Assembly (NCBI GenBank): GCA_016781555.1
Contig: JADDQD010000182.1
Span: forward strand, 1-46,688
From: Pseudomonadota bacterium
GTDB taxonomy: Bacteria; Pseudomonadota; Alphaproteobacteria; Sphingomonadales; Sphingomonadaceae
Direction of reading: 5' to 3'
Length of the DNA: 46,688 nt
Each line of letters starts with the position of its first letter. The first letter of the stretch is position 1. Shown piece after piece: positions 7,246 to 17,532 of this stretch. The position numbers were made by a program, and so were the translations under genes. Under the pieces are notes generated by a model. It did no database searches. It was not told where the DNA came from and was given only the letters and a program-made list of their open reading frames with translations.

Positions 7246-10200
7246 CTAAGAAACGACCTTAGCCAGACCCTTGGAAAGTTGCAGCGCCGCATTGATCCGG
7301 GCTTGTGAGTCGGGCCAGGCGCGGCTGATGACCAGCTTACTGTCAGGGCGGAGCTTGGCCGCGCCCTTGAGCCGCTGGACATAGCCGATGAGGCCCTGAA
7401 GGTCCGGGAAGTGGTCCTTGTAGAAATGAACAAGGGCACCTTTCGAGCCGACATCGAGCTTGGCGATGTTCGCCTTCCGGCAGTTCAGTTTGGTCTCGAT
7501 CACCTTCAGAAGGTTTTCCGTGGCGGCCGGAAGCTTGCCGAACCGGTCGATGAGTTCGGCCGCGAACGCTTCAATGTCCTGGCGCGTTTCAACCTCGTTC
7601 ATGCGCCGGTAGAGGCCCATGCGCAGGTCGAGGTCCGGGACATAGTCGTCCGGGATCATGATAGGGGCATCAACGGTGATCTGAGGAGAGAACTCATCGG
7701 CGCGCCTCGCGAGGCCTGCGCCATCGGCCTTGGCATCCATAATGGCGTCTTCGAGCATGGATTGGTAAAGCTCAAAACCCACTTCCTTGATGTGGCCCGA
7801 TTGTTCATCGCCCAGAAGATTGCCGGCGCCGCGAATATCGAGATCGTGGCTTGCCAGCTGAAAGCCGGCGCCCAAGGAATCAAGATTGGCGAGAACCTGC
7901 AGACGCTTGTCGGCCGCTTCGGTGACCGCCCGGCTGGGCCCCGTCGTCAGATAGGCATAGGCACGGGTCTTGGCGCGGCCGACCCGCCCGCGAAGCTGAT
8001 AAAGCTGCGCCAGCCCGAACCGATCGGCGCGGTGGATGACAAGCGTGTTGGCGGAGGGGATGTCCAGGCCGCTTTCAACAATCGTAGTGGACAGGAGAAC
8101 GTCGTATTTTCGATCGTAGAAAGCGGACATGCGCTCCTCCACTTCGGTCGGAGACATTTGCCCGTGAGCTACGACGTATTGGATTTCAGGGACCTCCTTG
8201 CGAAGGAACTCTTCGATATCGGGAAGATCGGCGATGCGCGGCGCCACGAAATAGCTCTGGCCGCCGCGGTAATGTTCGCGGAGGAGCGCTTCGCGCAGCA
8301 CCACGGGATCCCACGGCATGACATAGGTCCTCACCGCCAGCCGGTCGACGGGGGGAGTTTGGATTACGGAAAGTTCGCGCAGGCCCGACATCGCCATTTG
8401 CAGTGTACGCGGGATCGGCGTCGCGGTGAGGGTAAGGACGTGCACGTCCGCGCGCATCGCCTTCAGGCGTTCCTTGTGCGTGACGCCAAACCTCTGTTCC
8501 TCGTCAACGATGACGAGACCGAGGTTCTTGAATTCCACGGACTTGGCGAGGATCGCGTGAGTGCCGATCACGATGTCGATCTTGCCTGCACTGATCCCGT
8601 CGCGCGTCGCTTTGGCCTCGGCCGCGCCGACCAATCTCGACAAGCGGCCGATCTCGATCGGGAAGCCGTGGAAGCGCTCCTTGAAGCTGTTGTAATGCTG
8701 GCGGGCGAGCAGCGTCGTCGGGCAGACGAGTGCCACCTGAAGCCCGGCCATTGCCGCCACAAAGGCGGCGCGGAGCGCGACCTCCGTCTTGCCAAAGCCG
8801 ACGTCGCCGCAGACGAGCCGGTCCATAGGCCGGCCTGCGCCGAGATCGTCCATGACATCGCCGATCGCCCGGTCCTGGTCCTCGGTCTCTTCGTAAGGGA
8901 AGCGGTCGACGAACGCTGCATAACCGGTGTCGGGCTCTGCAACCGCGCCGGGGCGAAGTGCGCGCTCGGCGGCAGTGCGGATGAGCTCGCCCGCAATCTC
9001 CCGGATCCGCTCCTTCATGCGGGACTTCCGGCGCTGCCAGGCCTCGCCACCGAGGCGGTCCAGCGTTACGCCCTCGCTTTCGCTCCCGTAGCGGGAGAGG
9101 ACGTCGATATTCTCCACGGGTACGTAAAGCTTGTCGCCGCCCGCATATTCGAGCGCGACGCAATCGTGGGGGCTCGTCCCCACCGAGATGCGGCTCAATC
9201 CTTCGTAGCGCCCGATGCCGTGGTCATTGTGAACAACAAGGTCGCCGGGACTGAGCGTTGCAAGCTCCGACAGAAAGGCTTCGGCGCTTTTCTTGCGCTT
9301 GCGACGACGGACGAGACGGTCGCCCAACATGTCCTGCTCGGTCAGCAGCGCCAGGTCGTTCGTGGTGAAGCCGTGGTCGAGCTGGATGACGGCCAAGGCG
9401 ACATGGCCCTTACCCGCGGCGCCAAGCGCTTCCTGCCAGCTGTCGGCTTCCGAGAGGCCCTTCATGCCGTGGTCGGCGAGCAGGCCCTTCAGGCGCTCCC
9501 GTGCGCCGATGGAATAGCTTGCCAGCACGATCTTGTGCTTGGATCGCTTAAGCCCGGCGACGTGATCGACCACGGCCTCGTAGATGTTGGCGTTTTGCGA
9601 TCGTTCGGGGGCGAAGTCACGCGGTCCTTCAACATCGAAGTCGAGGACGGTGGCGCTTTCCGGCTCGTGAAAAGGCGTTGCGAGGTGAAGCGGGCGCTCG
9701 GCAATAAGTTGCTCCCATTCGTCGGTGCCAAGATACAGGGTCTCCGGGCGGAGTGGCCGGTAGCTCCCAGGATCGGTCGACTGCGCGCGAGCCCGGTTCT
9801 GGTAATAATCCTCGACCGATTCGAAGCGCGCGTCTGCGGCCCCGATCGTGCCGGCGTCGCGGACGATGACGTCGGCGGGTGAAAGATGATCGAACAGCGT
9901 ATCGAGCCGCTCCTCGAACAACGGAAGCCAGTGATCGATGCCGGCAAGGCGCCGGCCTTCGGACACCGCCTGGTAGAGCGGGTCGCCGGTGGCCGTTGCG
10001 CCGAACAGCTCCCGATATCTGGAGCGGAAGCGCTTGATGCTGGCCTCGTCCAGCAGGCTTTCGGAAGCGGGAAGCAGCGTGAACCCGTCAACCGCGCCTG
10101 TGGTTCGCTGCGTCGCCGGATCAAAGCGGCGGACGCTTTCGATTTCGTCACCGAAGAAGTCGAGCCGCAATGCCTGCTCTTCTCCGGAGGGAAATAGGTC

Positions 10201-10707
10201 TACCAGACCGCCTCGCACGGCATATTCCCCCGCATCTGCCACCGTATCGACTCGGACATAGCCGTTCGACTGGAGGAGCTCGGCCAGCCGTTCGCGGTCT
10301 ATCCGCTCACCGGGCGCGAGCTGCGCGACGAGTTGGCGGATCCTAAAAGCGCTAAGCGTCCGTTGCGTTGCCGCATTGACGGTGGTGACCAGAAGTTGCG
10401 GCCGGTCGGACTTGCGCTGGAGTGCGTGGAGAGTTGCCAAACGTTCGGACGAGGCACGGAGCGAAGGCGAGCTCCGATCGTAGGGGAGGCAATCCCAAGC
10501 CGGGAAGGTAAGCGTTTGGAGCTCTGGCGCAAAATAGTGCGCAGCGTCGGCAACGTGACGCATGGCCGCTTCGTCCGGAGCGATGAACACGGCGCGCCCT
10601 TTGGCAGCGCGTGCGAGATCGGCCGCAACCCAGGGAAGAAATCCCACCGGGGCGCCGGCAAGCGTCATCGGCCTGGTGGCCGCAAGGATCTTTTGAAGGT
10701 CGCTCAT
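7246..10707 (-). CDS. mfd: Transcription-repair coupling factor
   Basis: UvrB-like N-terminus, CarD-like RID (GDLVVHNDHGIGRY), GDVGFGKT, DEEQRFGV, TATPIPRT, QLRGRVGR and TRCF C-terminus. Start overlaps the sdhE stop (TAATG). Confidence 0.98.
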   Translation of the reverse strand: MSDLQKILAATRPMTLAGAPVGFLPWVAADLARAAKGRAVFIAPDEAAMRHVADAAHYFAPELQTLTFPAWDCLPYDRSSPSLRASSERLATLHALQRKSDRPQLLVTTVNAATQRTLSAFRIRQLVAQLAPGERIDRERLAELLQSNGYVRVDTVADAGEYAVRGGLVDLFPSGEEQALRLDFFGDEIESVRRFDPATQRTTGAVDGFTLLPASESLLDEASIKRFRSRYRELFGATATGDPLYQAVSEGRRLAGIDHWLPLFEERLDTLFDHLSPADVIVRDAGTIGAADARFESVEDYYQNRARAQSTDPGSYRPLRPETLYLGTDEWEQLIAERPLHLATPFHEPESATVLDFDVEGPRDFAPERSQNANIYEAVVDHVAGLKRSKHKIVLASYSIGARERLKGLLADHGMKGLSEADSWQEALGAAGKGHVALAVIQLDHGFTTNDLALLTEQDMLGDRLVRRRKRKKSAEAFLSELATLSPGDLVVHNDHGIGRYEGLSRISVGTSPHDCVALEYAGGDKLYVPVENIDVLSRYGSESEGVTLDRLGGEAWQRRKSRMKERIREIAGELIRTAAERALRPGAVAEPDTGYAAFVDRFPYEETEDQDRAIGDVMDDLGAGRPMDRLVCGDVGFGKTEVALRAAFVAAMAGLQVALVCPTTLLARQHYNSFKERFHGFPIEIGRLSRLVGAAEAKATRDGISAGKIDIVIGTHAILAKSVEFKNLGLVIVDEEQRFGVTHKERLKAMRADVHVLTLTATPIPRTLQMAMSGLRELSVIQTPPVDRLAVRTYVMPWDPVVLREALLREHYRGGQSYFVAPRIADLPDIEEFLRKEVPEIQYVVAHGQMSPTEVEERMSAFYDRKYDVLLSTTIVESGLDIPSANTLVIHRADRFGLAQLYQLRGRVGRAKTRAYAYLTTGPSRAVTEAADKRLQVLANLDSLGAGFQLASHDLDIRGAGNLLGDEQSGHIKEVGFELYQSMLEDAIMDAKADGAGLARRADEFSPQITVDAPIMIPDDYVPDLDLRMGLYRRMNEVETRQDIEAFAAELIDRFGKLPAATENLLKVIETKLNCRKANIAKLDVGSKGALVHFYKDHFPDLQGLIGYVQRLKGAAKLRPDSKLVISRAWPDSQARINAALQLSKGLAKVVS

Positions 10708-10973
10708 TATTCCGGATGTTCGATGTAATCGAGTTGTTTCAGCTTCTGGATCATCGCGCCTTGATAACGCTCCGGCACCGGCTGCATGCCGATCGCCCAC
10801 GCCATGATGTCCACGTCCTGTTCCTCTAGGAAACGTTCGTACCAGTCGATTTCAGCGTCGCTCCAATCGGCTCCATACCGATCGAAGAACCCGCCAATCA
10901 TGAGGTCCGCTTCCTTGGTGCCGCGATGCCAGGCGCGAAAGCGCAGCCGTTTCAAGCGATCAACGCGGTTCAT
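10707..10973 (-). CDS. sdhE: FAD assembly factor SdhE (Sdh5 family)
   Basis: RLRFRAWHRGTKEADL contains the RGxxE motif. 88 aa, in the usual alphaproteobacterial position between recG and mfd. Confidence 0.93.
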   Translation of the reverse strand: MNRVDRLKRLRFRAWHRGTKEADLMIGGFFDRYGADWSDAEIDWYERFLEEQDVDIMAWAIGMQPVPERYQGAMIQKLKQLDYIEHPE

Positions 10974-11100
10974 GATGCTCCATGGGGTGAGGAGCCGACG
11001 GGCTATGCACAGCCTGCCGGCGCGAACGAAGTGGCGTGTCTCGCATGCCGCGCAAAGCGGTTTCCACTTTCCCGGATCATGCTTAGGTGCTCATCTAGTC

Positions 11101-13158
11101 ATGCGACCCGATGTTCTCAATCCGCTGTTCGCCGAAGTTGAGGCGCTGAAAGGCGTTGGGCCGCAGCTTGCAAAGCCTTTAAAGCGCCTGGAGCTCGCCC
11201 GGGTCGTCGACATTCTGTTTCACCTGCCGGTGAGCTGGATCGAGAGGAAGCGCCTCGACAGTCTTGAGCCGGGTTATGCCGGCCACGTCGTGGCGGTGCA
11301 GGTGACGCCGGTTGATTATCGGCAGAGCGGGGGAAGGGGTCCGTTTCGAGTCCATACGCGGGACCGCGTCGGAAACGGGCTGACGCTTACCTATTTCAAC
11401 AATCCCGGCTGGGCGAAGAAACAGCTGCCGTTGGGCGAGGCGCGGATCGTTTCGGGGAGGCTGGACCTTTACGGCGAGGAGCTGCAAATCGTCCATCCCG
11501 ACTATGTGGTTCCAGCGGAGGAGGCGGCAGAGCTTCCCGAGCGAGAGCCAGTCTATCCCTTATCGGAGGGACTGACCAACAGGCGGATGGCCGACTTTGC
11601 CGGGCAGGCGCTGGCGCGCGTTCCGGCATTGGAGGAATGGATAGAGCCGAGCCTGGCTGCACACCGTGAATGGCCGCCGTGGGCCGAGGCGCTCAGCCTG
11701 GCGCACCAGGATCCCACAGCTCTCAAAGCCCGCGCGCGGCTCGCTTACGATGAAGTTTTCGCCAATCAGCTTGCGCTGATGCTGGTTCGCGCTTCGTCCC
11801 GCAAGCGCAGGGGGGTGCCGCTGAAAGGTCATGGAAGCATCACTGGAGCGCTGAAGCTCCCTTATGCGCCGACGGGCGCCCAGTCTGGCGCAATTGGCGA
11901 AATTCAGGGTGACATGCAGCAGGCCGTGCCGATGCTTCGTCTCCTGCAGGGAGACGTAGGTTCAGGTAAAACGCTGGTGGCACTGATGGCGCTGCTCACG
12001 GCGGTTGAAGCGGGGGCGCAAGGCGCGCTCCTTGCGCCGACCGAGATCCTCGCCCGCCAGCACTTCGCTACCCTGACACGGCAGCTGGCTGGGCTCGCTG
12101 TAAATGTCGCCATCCTCACCGGTCGCGAGAAGGGTCGCGCGCGTGAAGCCACTTTGATGGGGCTCGCCGACGGCTCGATCCATATCCTGGTTGGCACCCA
12201 CGCTATTTTCCAGCAGGGCGTCGCGTATCGGCGGCTTGGCCTCGCAGTGATCGACGAACAACACCGCTTCGGAGTGGCGCAGCGGATGATGCTCTCCGAC
12301 AAGGCCGAGCGCCCACCGCATCTCCTCGTCATGACGGCGACCCCCATCCCGCGGACGCTGACGCTTGCCCAATATGGCGAGATGGATGTCAGCCGCCTGG
12401 ACGAGATGCCACCGGGCCGTCAGCCGATCGAGACGCGCGTCCTTTCGAGCGAACGGCTCGAGGAGGTGGTGGACGCGCTCGCCCGCCATGTCGCCGCGGG
12501 CGGCCAAGCTTATTGGGTCTGCCCGCTCGTCGAGGAAAGCGAAGTCTTGGATCAAGCTGCGGCCGAGCAAAGAGCGCAGCTGTTGAAGCTGCGCTTTGGT
12601 GACAAGGTTGGCCTCGTCCATGGCCGAATGAAAGGCCCTGAGAAGGATGCCGTCATGGCGGCATTCCAACGGGGCGATATCGCGGTTCTCGTGGCGACCA
12701 CCGTTATCGAGGTCGGAGTGGATGTGCCGGACGCCACACTGATGATCATCGAGGGCGCAGACCGGTTCGGGCTGGCGCAGCTTCATCAGCTCCGCGGGCG
12801 CGTTGGGCGGGGGGAGGGGAGATCGGTGTGTCTGCTTCTCCGCGGCAATGCGCTGAGCGAAACCGCCCGCGCGCGTCTGGCTCTGATGCGCGAAACCAAC
12901 GACGGTTTCAGGATCGCCGAGGAGGATCTGCGGCTTCGCGGCGCCGGCGAGATCCTTGGCACCCGCCAGTCAGGCGAAGCACGCTTTCGGCTGGCCACGC
13001 CCGAGCTCATCCACGACCTCATCCAGCCTGCTACTGACGATGCGCGCTTGCTGGTCGACCGGGACGGGGGCTTGGACGGGCCACGGGGGCGTGCAGCCCG
13101 CATCCTCCTTTATTTGTTCGAACGAGACGCTGCAGTGGCGCTGCTGCGCTCAGGCTAG
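11101..13158 (+). CDS. recG: ATP-dependent DNA helicase RecG
   Basis: LKGVGP, wedge domain, QGDVGSGKT, DEQHRFGV, TATPIPRT, QLRGRVGRG and DGFRIAEEDLRLRG. Start MRPDVL at 11101. Confidence 0.98.
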   Translation: MRPDVLNPLFAEVEALKGVGPQLAKPLKRLELARVVDILFHLPVSWIERKRLDSLEPGYAGHVVAVQVTPVDYRQSGGRGPFRVHTRDRVGNGLTLTYFNNPGWAKKQLPLGEARIVSGRLDLYGEELQIVHPDYVVPAEEAAELPEREPVYPLSEGLTNRRMADFAGQALARVPALEEWIEPSLAAHREWPPWAEALSLAHQDPTALKARARLAYDEVFANQLALMLVRASSRKRRGVPLKGHGSITGALKLPYAPTGAQSGAIGEIQGDMQQAVPMLRLLQGDVGSGKTLVALMALLTAVEAGAQGALLAPTEILARQHFATLTRQLAGLAVNVAILTGREKGRAREATLMGLADGSIHILVGTHAIFQQGVAYRRLGLAVIDEQHRFGVAQRMMLSDKAERPPHLLVMTATPIPRTLTLAQYGEMDVSRLDEMPPGRQPIETRVLSSERLEEVVDALARHVAAGGQAYWVCPLVEESEVLDQAAAEQRAQLLKLRFGDKVGLVHGRMKGPEKDAVMAAFQRGDIAVLVATTVIEVGVDVPDATLMIIEGADRFGLAQLHQLRGRVGRGEGRSVCLLLRGNALSETARARLALMRETNDGFRIAEEDLRLRGAGEILGTRQSGEARFRLATPELIHDLIQPATDDARLLVDRDGGLDGPRGRAARILLYLFERDAAVALLRSG

Positions 13159-13160
13159 AC

Positions 13161-14384
13161 TCAGCGCGTCAGCAACCCGTGTTTTTTCTTGCCGGCGGAG
13201 ATCCGGACCTGGCCGTCGACGCTGATTCGCGCGCTCTCATCCTCCACCTTTTCGCCGGCGATGCGCGCCCCGCCCCCAGCGATCAGCCGGCGCGCTTCGC
13301 CCTTGGAAGCGGCAAGTCCCAGCCCCACCAGCGCATCCACGATCCCGATCTCGCCTTGCGGGACGGCAAGGCTGGGCAGCGCATCGCCTGCGGAGCCCTC
13401 CTCGAAGGTCCTCCGTGCCGTCTCTGCTGCGGCATCGGAAGCCTGCTCCCCGTGAACCATCGTTGTGACTGCGTCGGCTAGGCGCTTCTTCGCCTCGTTG
13501 ACCTCGCTGCCCTGCAGCGCTTCGAGACGCGCCACTTCGTCCAGCGGCAGATCGGTGAACAGCCGCAGAAACTTGCCAACGTCGGCGTCCTGCGTGTTCC
13601 GCCAGAACTGCCAAAAATCGTAAGGGCTGAGCTGCTCCGCATTGAGCCAAACCGCGCCAGCTTCCGTTTTGCCCATCTTCTTGCCGTCTGCCGTCGTGAT
13701 GAGCGGGGTGGTGACGCCAAAAAGTTGCGCTCCGTCAACACGACGTCCGAGCTCAACGCCATTGACGATATTTCCCCATTGATCCGAGCCCCCGAGCTGC
13801 AGGACGCACTTCATGCGTCGGGACAATTCGAGGAAATCATATGCTTGCAGGATCATGTAGTTGAACTCAAGGAAGCTCAACGACTGTTCGCGATCGAGCC
13901 TCAGCTTCACGCTTTCGAAGCTCAGCATTCGGTTCACGGAGAAATGCTGGCCGATATCCCGCAGAAACGGGATGTATTCGAGGCGGTCGAGCCACTCGGC
14001 GTTGTCCATTAGCACAGCATCCGTCGGGCCGTCCCCGAAGCGCAGAAAGCGTTGATACACCGGCAGGATGGATCGGATGTTCTGCGCGATGGTCTCCGTC
14101 GTCATCAGCTTACGAGCTTCGTCCTTGAAGCTCGGGTCGCCGATCTTGGAGGTCCCGCCGCCGACCAGTACGATCGGCTTGTGGCCGGCCTGCTGCAGCC
14201 GCCGAAGCAGCATGATCTGAATCATGTGGCCGACGTGAAGCGACGGTGCCGTCGCGTCGAAGCCGACATAGCCGGTGATGGTCTCCCTTGCCGCGAGCGC
14301 ATCGAGCCCGCCGGCATCGGTTAGCTGATGGATGTATCCGCGGCTGTCGAGCAGGCGGAGGAGCTCGGACTGATACTGAGACAT
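13161..14384 (-). CDS. tyrS: Tyrosine--tRNA ligase
   Basis: GFDATAPSLHVGH (HIGH motif), QLGGSDQWGNI, KMGKT (KMSKS motif) and C-terminal S4-like domain. Confidence 0.98.
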   Translation of the reverse strand: MSQYQSELLRLLDSRGYIHQLTDAGGLDALAARETITGYVGFDATAPSLHVGHMIQIMLLRRLQQAGHKPIVLVGGGTSKIGDPSFKDEARKLMTTETIAQNIRSILPVYQRFLRFGDGPTDAVLMDNAEWLDRLEYIPFLRDIGQHFSVNRMLSFESVKLRLDREQSLSFLEFNYMILQAYDFLELSRRMKCVLQLGGSDQWGNIVNGVELGRRVDGAQLFGVTTPLITTADGKKMGKTEAGAVWLNAEQLSPYDFWQFWRNTQDADVGKFLRLFTDLPLDEVARLEALQGSEVNEAKKRLADAVTTMVHGEQASDAAAETARRTFEEGSAGDALPSLAVPQGEIGIVDALVGLGLAASKGEARRLIAGGGARIAGEKVEDESARISVDGQVRISAGKKKHGLLTR

Positions 14385-14471
14385 TGCCGGGCGGTTAGCA
14401 TGTGTGCCGTTCAAGACAAACCCGTTCCGGCTGAGCTTGTCGAACCCCGCTCCTTCTCTTACGCCGCCAAA

Positions 14472-15017
14472 ATGCGTCACGCGTTGAAGCTCCATCCAGA
14501 CTGCCGTTGCGCGAGCGTGCGCCGCATCGAAGTAGATGTCGCCCGTCAAGGCCGAAGCAGGTTGACGCTTGGCTACCACCTCTTTGGCGACGTTCGCGAG
14601 GTGCGCATACCGCCTCCCGTAGCGCCTGCACGGGCCGACAATCTCTGGGAGCATAGCTGCTTCGAGGCGTTCGTCCGCGCCGGCTCAGGCCAAGCCTATC
14701 ACGAGTTCAACATGGCGCCGTCCCTGGAGTGGGCGGTTTATGCCTTCGGTGGGTATCGCAGCGGGATGAATGATGCCGTAGTCCATCCACCCACGATGGA
14801 AAGGCGGTTGAACGACCAGTGCTTTGAGCTTCGCGTGTCACTGCAGCTCGCGTCCATGCCTGATCTGCCGGAGGATGCATCATGGCATCTCGGCCTTTCC
14901 GCGGTGGTCGAGGAGTTGAGCGGCTGCAAATCCTATTGGGCCCTGGTCCATCCGCGGGGCGCGCCCGATTTCCATCATTCCGATTGCTTTGCGCTCGAAC
15001 TCCCTCCAGCAGCATGA
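14472..15017 (+). CDS. DOMON-like domain protein
   Basis: RADNLWEHSCFEAF, YHEFNMAPS..W..Y.F..YR, LGLSAVVEE and SYWALVHP..PDFH match the small DOMON-like family as I recall it. Confidence 0.8.
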   Translation: MRHALKLHPDCRCASVRRIEVDVARQGRSRLTLGYHLFGDVREVRIPPPVAPARADNLWEHSCFEAFVRAGSGQAYHEFNMAPSLEWAVYAFGGYRSGMNDAVVHPPTMERRLNDQCFELRVSLQLASMPDLPEDASWHLGLSAVVEELSGCKSYWALVHPRGAPDFHHSDCFALELPPAA

Positions 15018-16222
15018 GTTTTATGAAGACTGGCATCGATCGACTTCTTACCGATCCCGAATTGCGCGCTCCGCTCGAGGGCAAGCGCGTCGCGCTGCTC
15101 GCACATCCAGCCTCGGTGACCGAGGATCTCACCCACTCGCTCGACGCGCTGGCGAAGTGCTCGGGGATGAAGCTCAGCGCCGCTTTTGGCCCGCAGCATG
15201 GTCTTCGCGGTGACAAGCAGGACAACATGATGGAGTCGCCGGATTATACCGATCCGATCCACGGCGTTCCCGTCTTCAGCCTCTACGGGGAGGTGCGCAG
15301 GCCCACCGGCCAGTCGATGGGAACATTCGATGTTCTCCTTGTCGACATGCAGGATCTCGGCTGCCGGATCTACACCTTCATCACCACCTTGCTGTACGTC
15401 CTGGAAGCGGCGGCCGCGCATGGCAAAGCCGTGTGGGTGTTGGACCGCCCGAACCCTGCCGGGAGGCCCGTCGAAGGGCTGACGCTCCGTCCCGGCTGGG
15501 AGAGCTTTGTCGGCGCGGGGCCGATACCGATGCGTCACGGTCTCACGCTCGGCGAGCTCGGCTCCTGGTTCGTAGAGACCTTCAAGCTCGACCTCGACTA
15601 CCGCGTGATCGAGATGGAAGGTTGGTATCCAGATGCGGCGCCGGGATATGGCTGGCCGCCTGAGCGCATCTGGATCAATCCCAGTCCCAATGCGCCCAAC
15701 GTTTCAATGGCGAGGTCTTATGCAGGCACGGTGATGCTGGAGGGCACAACCTTGTCGGAAGGCCGTGGCACAACGCGTCCGCTGGAGCTCTTTGGAGCTC
15801 CGGACATCGATGCAAAGGCAATAATGGCGGAGATGCACAGGCTCAGCCGGGAGTGGCTGGGCGGTTGCCTACTTCGCGATTGCTGGTTCGAGCCGACCTT
15901 TCACAAGCATGTCGGAAAGCTCTGCAACGGCGTCCACATTCACCCGGAGGGGCCGGGCTACCATCATGGAGCCTTCAAGCCTTGGCGGATCCAGTCGCTC
16001 GCCTTCAAGGCAATCCGACGGCTCTACCCCGACTACGCCCTATGGCGTGACTTCCCCTACGAATATGAATTCGGGAAACTCGCCATCGATGTGATCAACG
16101 GCAGCCCCCTGCTGCGTGAATGGGTGGACGATTCGGAAGCGTCTCCGCAGGATTTCGATGCGCTGACCTTGAAGGATGAGCAGGCCTGGGAGGCCGAGCG
16201 CCAGCCCTATCTGCGTTATTGA
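15014..16222 (+). CDS. Exo-beta-N-acetylmuramidase NamZ family protein (DUF1343)
   Basis: GIDRL, FGPQHGLRG, SLYG, DMQDLGCRIYTF, LDRPNP, PMRHGLTLGEL, WINPSPN and SEGRGTTRP. ATGA overlap with the upstream gene. Confidence 0.92.
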   Translation: MSFMKTGIDRLLTDPELRAPLEGKRVALLAHPASVTEDLTHSLDALAKCSGMKLSAAFGPQHGLRGDKQDNMMESPDYTDPIHGVPVFSLYGEVRRPTGQSMGTFDVLLVDMQDLGCRIYTFITTLLYVLEAAAAHGKAVWVLDRPNPAGRPVEGLTLRPGWESFVGAGPIPMRHGLTLGELGSWFVETFKLDLDYRVIEMEGWYPDAAPGYGWPPERIWINPSPNAPNVSMARSYAGTVMLEGTTLSEGRGTTRPLELFGAPDIDAKAIMAEMHRLSREWLGGCLLRDCWFEPTFHKHVGKLCNGVHIHPEGPGYHHGAFKPWRIQSLAFKAIRRLYPDYALWRDFPYEYEFGKLAIDVINGSPLLREWVDDSEASPQDFDALTLKDEQAWEAERQPYLRY

Positions 16223-16238
16223 TCGCGGCGTGCGGGAA

Positions 16239-17417
16239 TCAGTTTTTCCGGCTTAGCGTGCGCATGGCATCGTCGAGCCCTTCGAGCGTCAGGGGATACA
16301 TGCGATCCTGCATCAGCTGGCCCATGATCTGCGTCGAGTGGGTATATCCCCAATATTGTTCGGGCGTGGGATTGAGCCAAACGGCGGCGGGATAGGTGTT
16401 CGTCAGCCGCTGTATCCATGCCGCGCCTGCTTCCTCGTTGAAATGCTCAACTGAGCCGCCCGGGTGAGTGATCTCATAGGGGCTCATCGAGGCATCGCCG
16501 ACAAACACCAGCTTGTAGTCGTGGCCGAACTTGTGGAGCACGTCCCACGTTGGCGTCCGTTCGGTGTAGCGGCGGCGGTTGTCCTTCCAGACACCCTCGT
16601 AAACGCAGTTGTGGAAGTAGAAGAATTCGAGATTTTTGAACTCGCTGGTGGCCGCGGAGAACAGTTCCTCGCAGATCCGGATGTGGGGATCCATCGAGCC
16701 CCCGACGTCAAGGAAAAGGAGGAGTTTCACCGAATTGTGCCGCTCCGGACGCATTCGAATATCGAGCCAGCCCTTGCGCGCCGTCCCGTCGATGGTGCCG
16801 TCGATGTCGAGCTCGTCGGCAGCGCCTTCGCGGGCGAAGCGGCGAAGGCGGCGGAGCGCCACCTTTATGTTGCGTGTCCCGAGCTCCTTGGAATTGTCGA
16901 GATTCCTGAACTCCCTTTTGTCCCAGACTTTGATCGCGCGGCCGTGTCGTCCTTCGCCGCCGATCCGAACGCCTTCCGGATTGTAGCCGCCATGGCCGTA
17001 GGGCGAGGTCCCGCCGGTGCCGACCCACTTGCTTCCGCCTTGATGCCGCCCCTTCTGCTCTTGCAGCCGCTTCTTCAGCGTTTCCATGATTTCGTCCCAG
17101 GAGCCGAGCGACTCGATCTCGGCCATCTGCTCAGGCGTGAGGTAGAGTTCGGCCACCTTTCGCAGCCACTCTTCCGGGATCGGCACTGCCTCCGTGCCGT
17201 AGCTCGCCTCGAGGCCCTTGAAGACCTTGCCGAACACTTGGTCGAAGCGGTCGAGAAGCCCCTCGTCCTTCACAAAGGTGGCGCGGGCGAGGTAGTAGAA
17301 TTCCTCCGGCCGCGCGGCGATCACATCGGCCTGGAGCGCTTCGAGCAAGGTGAGGTGCTCCTTGAGCGAAGCGGAAATGCCAGCAGCACGCAACTCGTCG
17401 ACAAATGAAAAAAACAT
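16239..17417 (-). CDS. vWA domain-containing protein (CoxE-like MoxR partner)
   Basis: MIDAS-like DVGGSM, ELDIDGTI, YFHNC, VGDASMSPYE and WLNP, plus the Gly-rich linker GGSKWVGTGGTSPYGHGG. Confidence 0.9.
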   Translation of the reverse strand: MFFSFVDELRAAGISASLKEHLTLLEALQADVIAARPEEFYYLARATFVKDEGLLDRFDQVFGKVFKGLEASYGTEAVPIPEEWLRKVAELYLTPEQMAEIESLGSWDEIMETLKKRLQEQKGRHQGGSKWVGTGGTSPYGHGGYNPEGVRIGGEGRHGRAIKVWDKREFRNLDNSKELGTRNIKVALRRLRRFAREGAADELDIDGTIDGTARKGWLDIRMRPERHNSVKLLLFLDVGGSMDPHIRICEELFSAATSEFKNLEFFYFHNCVYEGVWKDNRRRYTERTPTWDVLHKFGHDYKLVFVGDASMSPYEITHPGGSVEHFNEEAGAAWIQRLTNTYPAAVWLNPTPEQYWGYTHSTQIMGQLMQDRMYPLTLEGLDDAMRTLSRKN

Positions 17418-17469
17418 GTGGCTGATCTAACCGAACCGTGCCCGGGCCGCCAGCGCGCGCGACGGGTGG

Positions 17470-17485
17470 TTAACGGCCTTTCAAC
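17470..17485 (+). promoter_or_regulatory. Putative CtrA box upstream of chemoreceptor
   Basis: TTAA-CGGCCTT-TCAAC, one mismatch to TTAA-N7-TTAAC, with a further TTAAC at 17488. Confidence 0.6.
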
Positions 17486-17532
17486 CCTTAACGCGTACTT
17501 GCTTGGAACGACGCGAAAAACGGGGACATATC

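Noticed and set aside
7411-9882. 823-aa antisense ORF over mfd, and similar long antisense ORFs (21213-22532, 25292-26365, 32946-34514, 37795-39072, 44331-45866)
   Set aside because: They mirror well-supported genes codon for codon and carry no recognisable motifs. Such ORFs are expected from high-GC codon bias.
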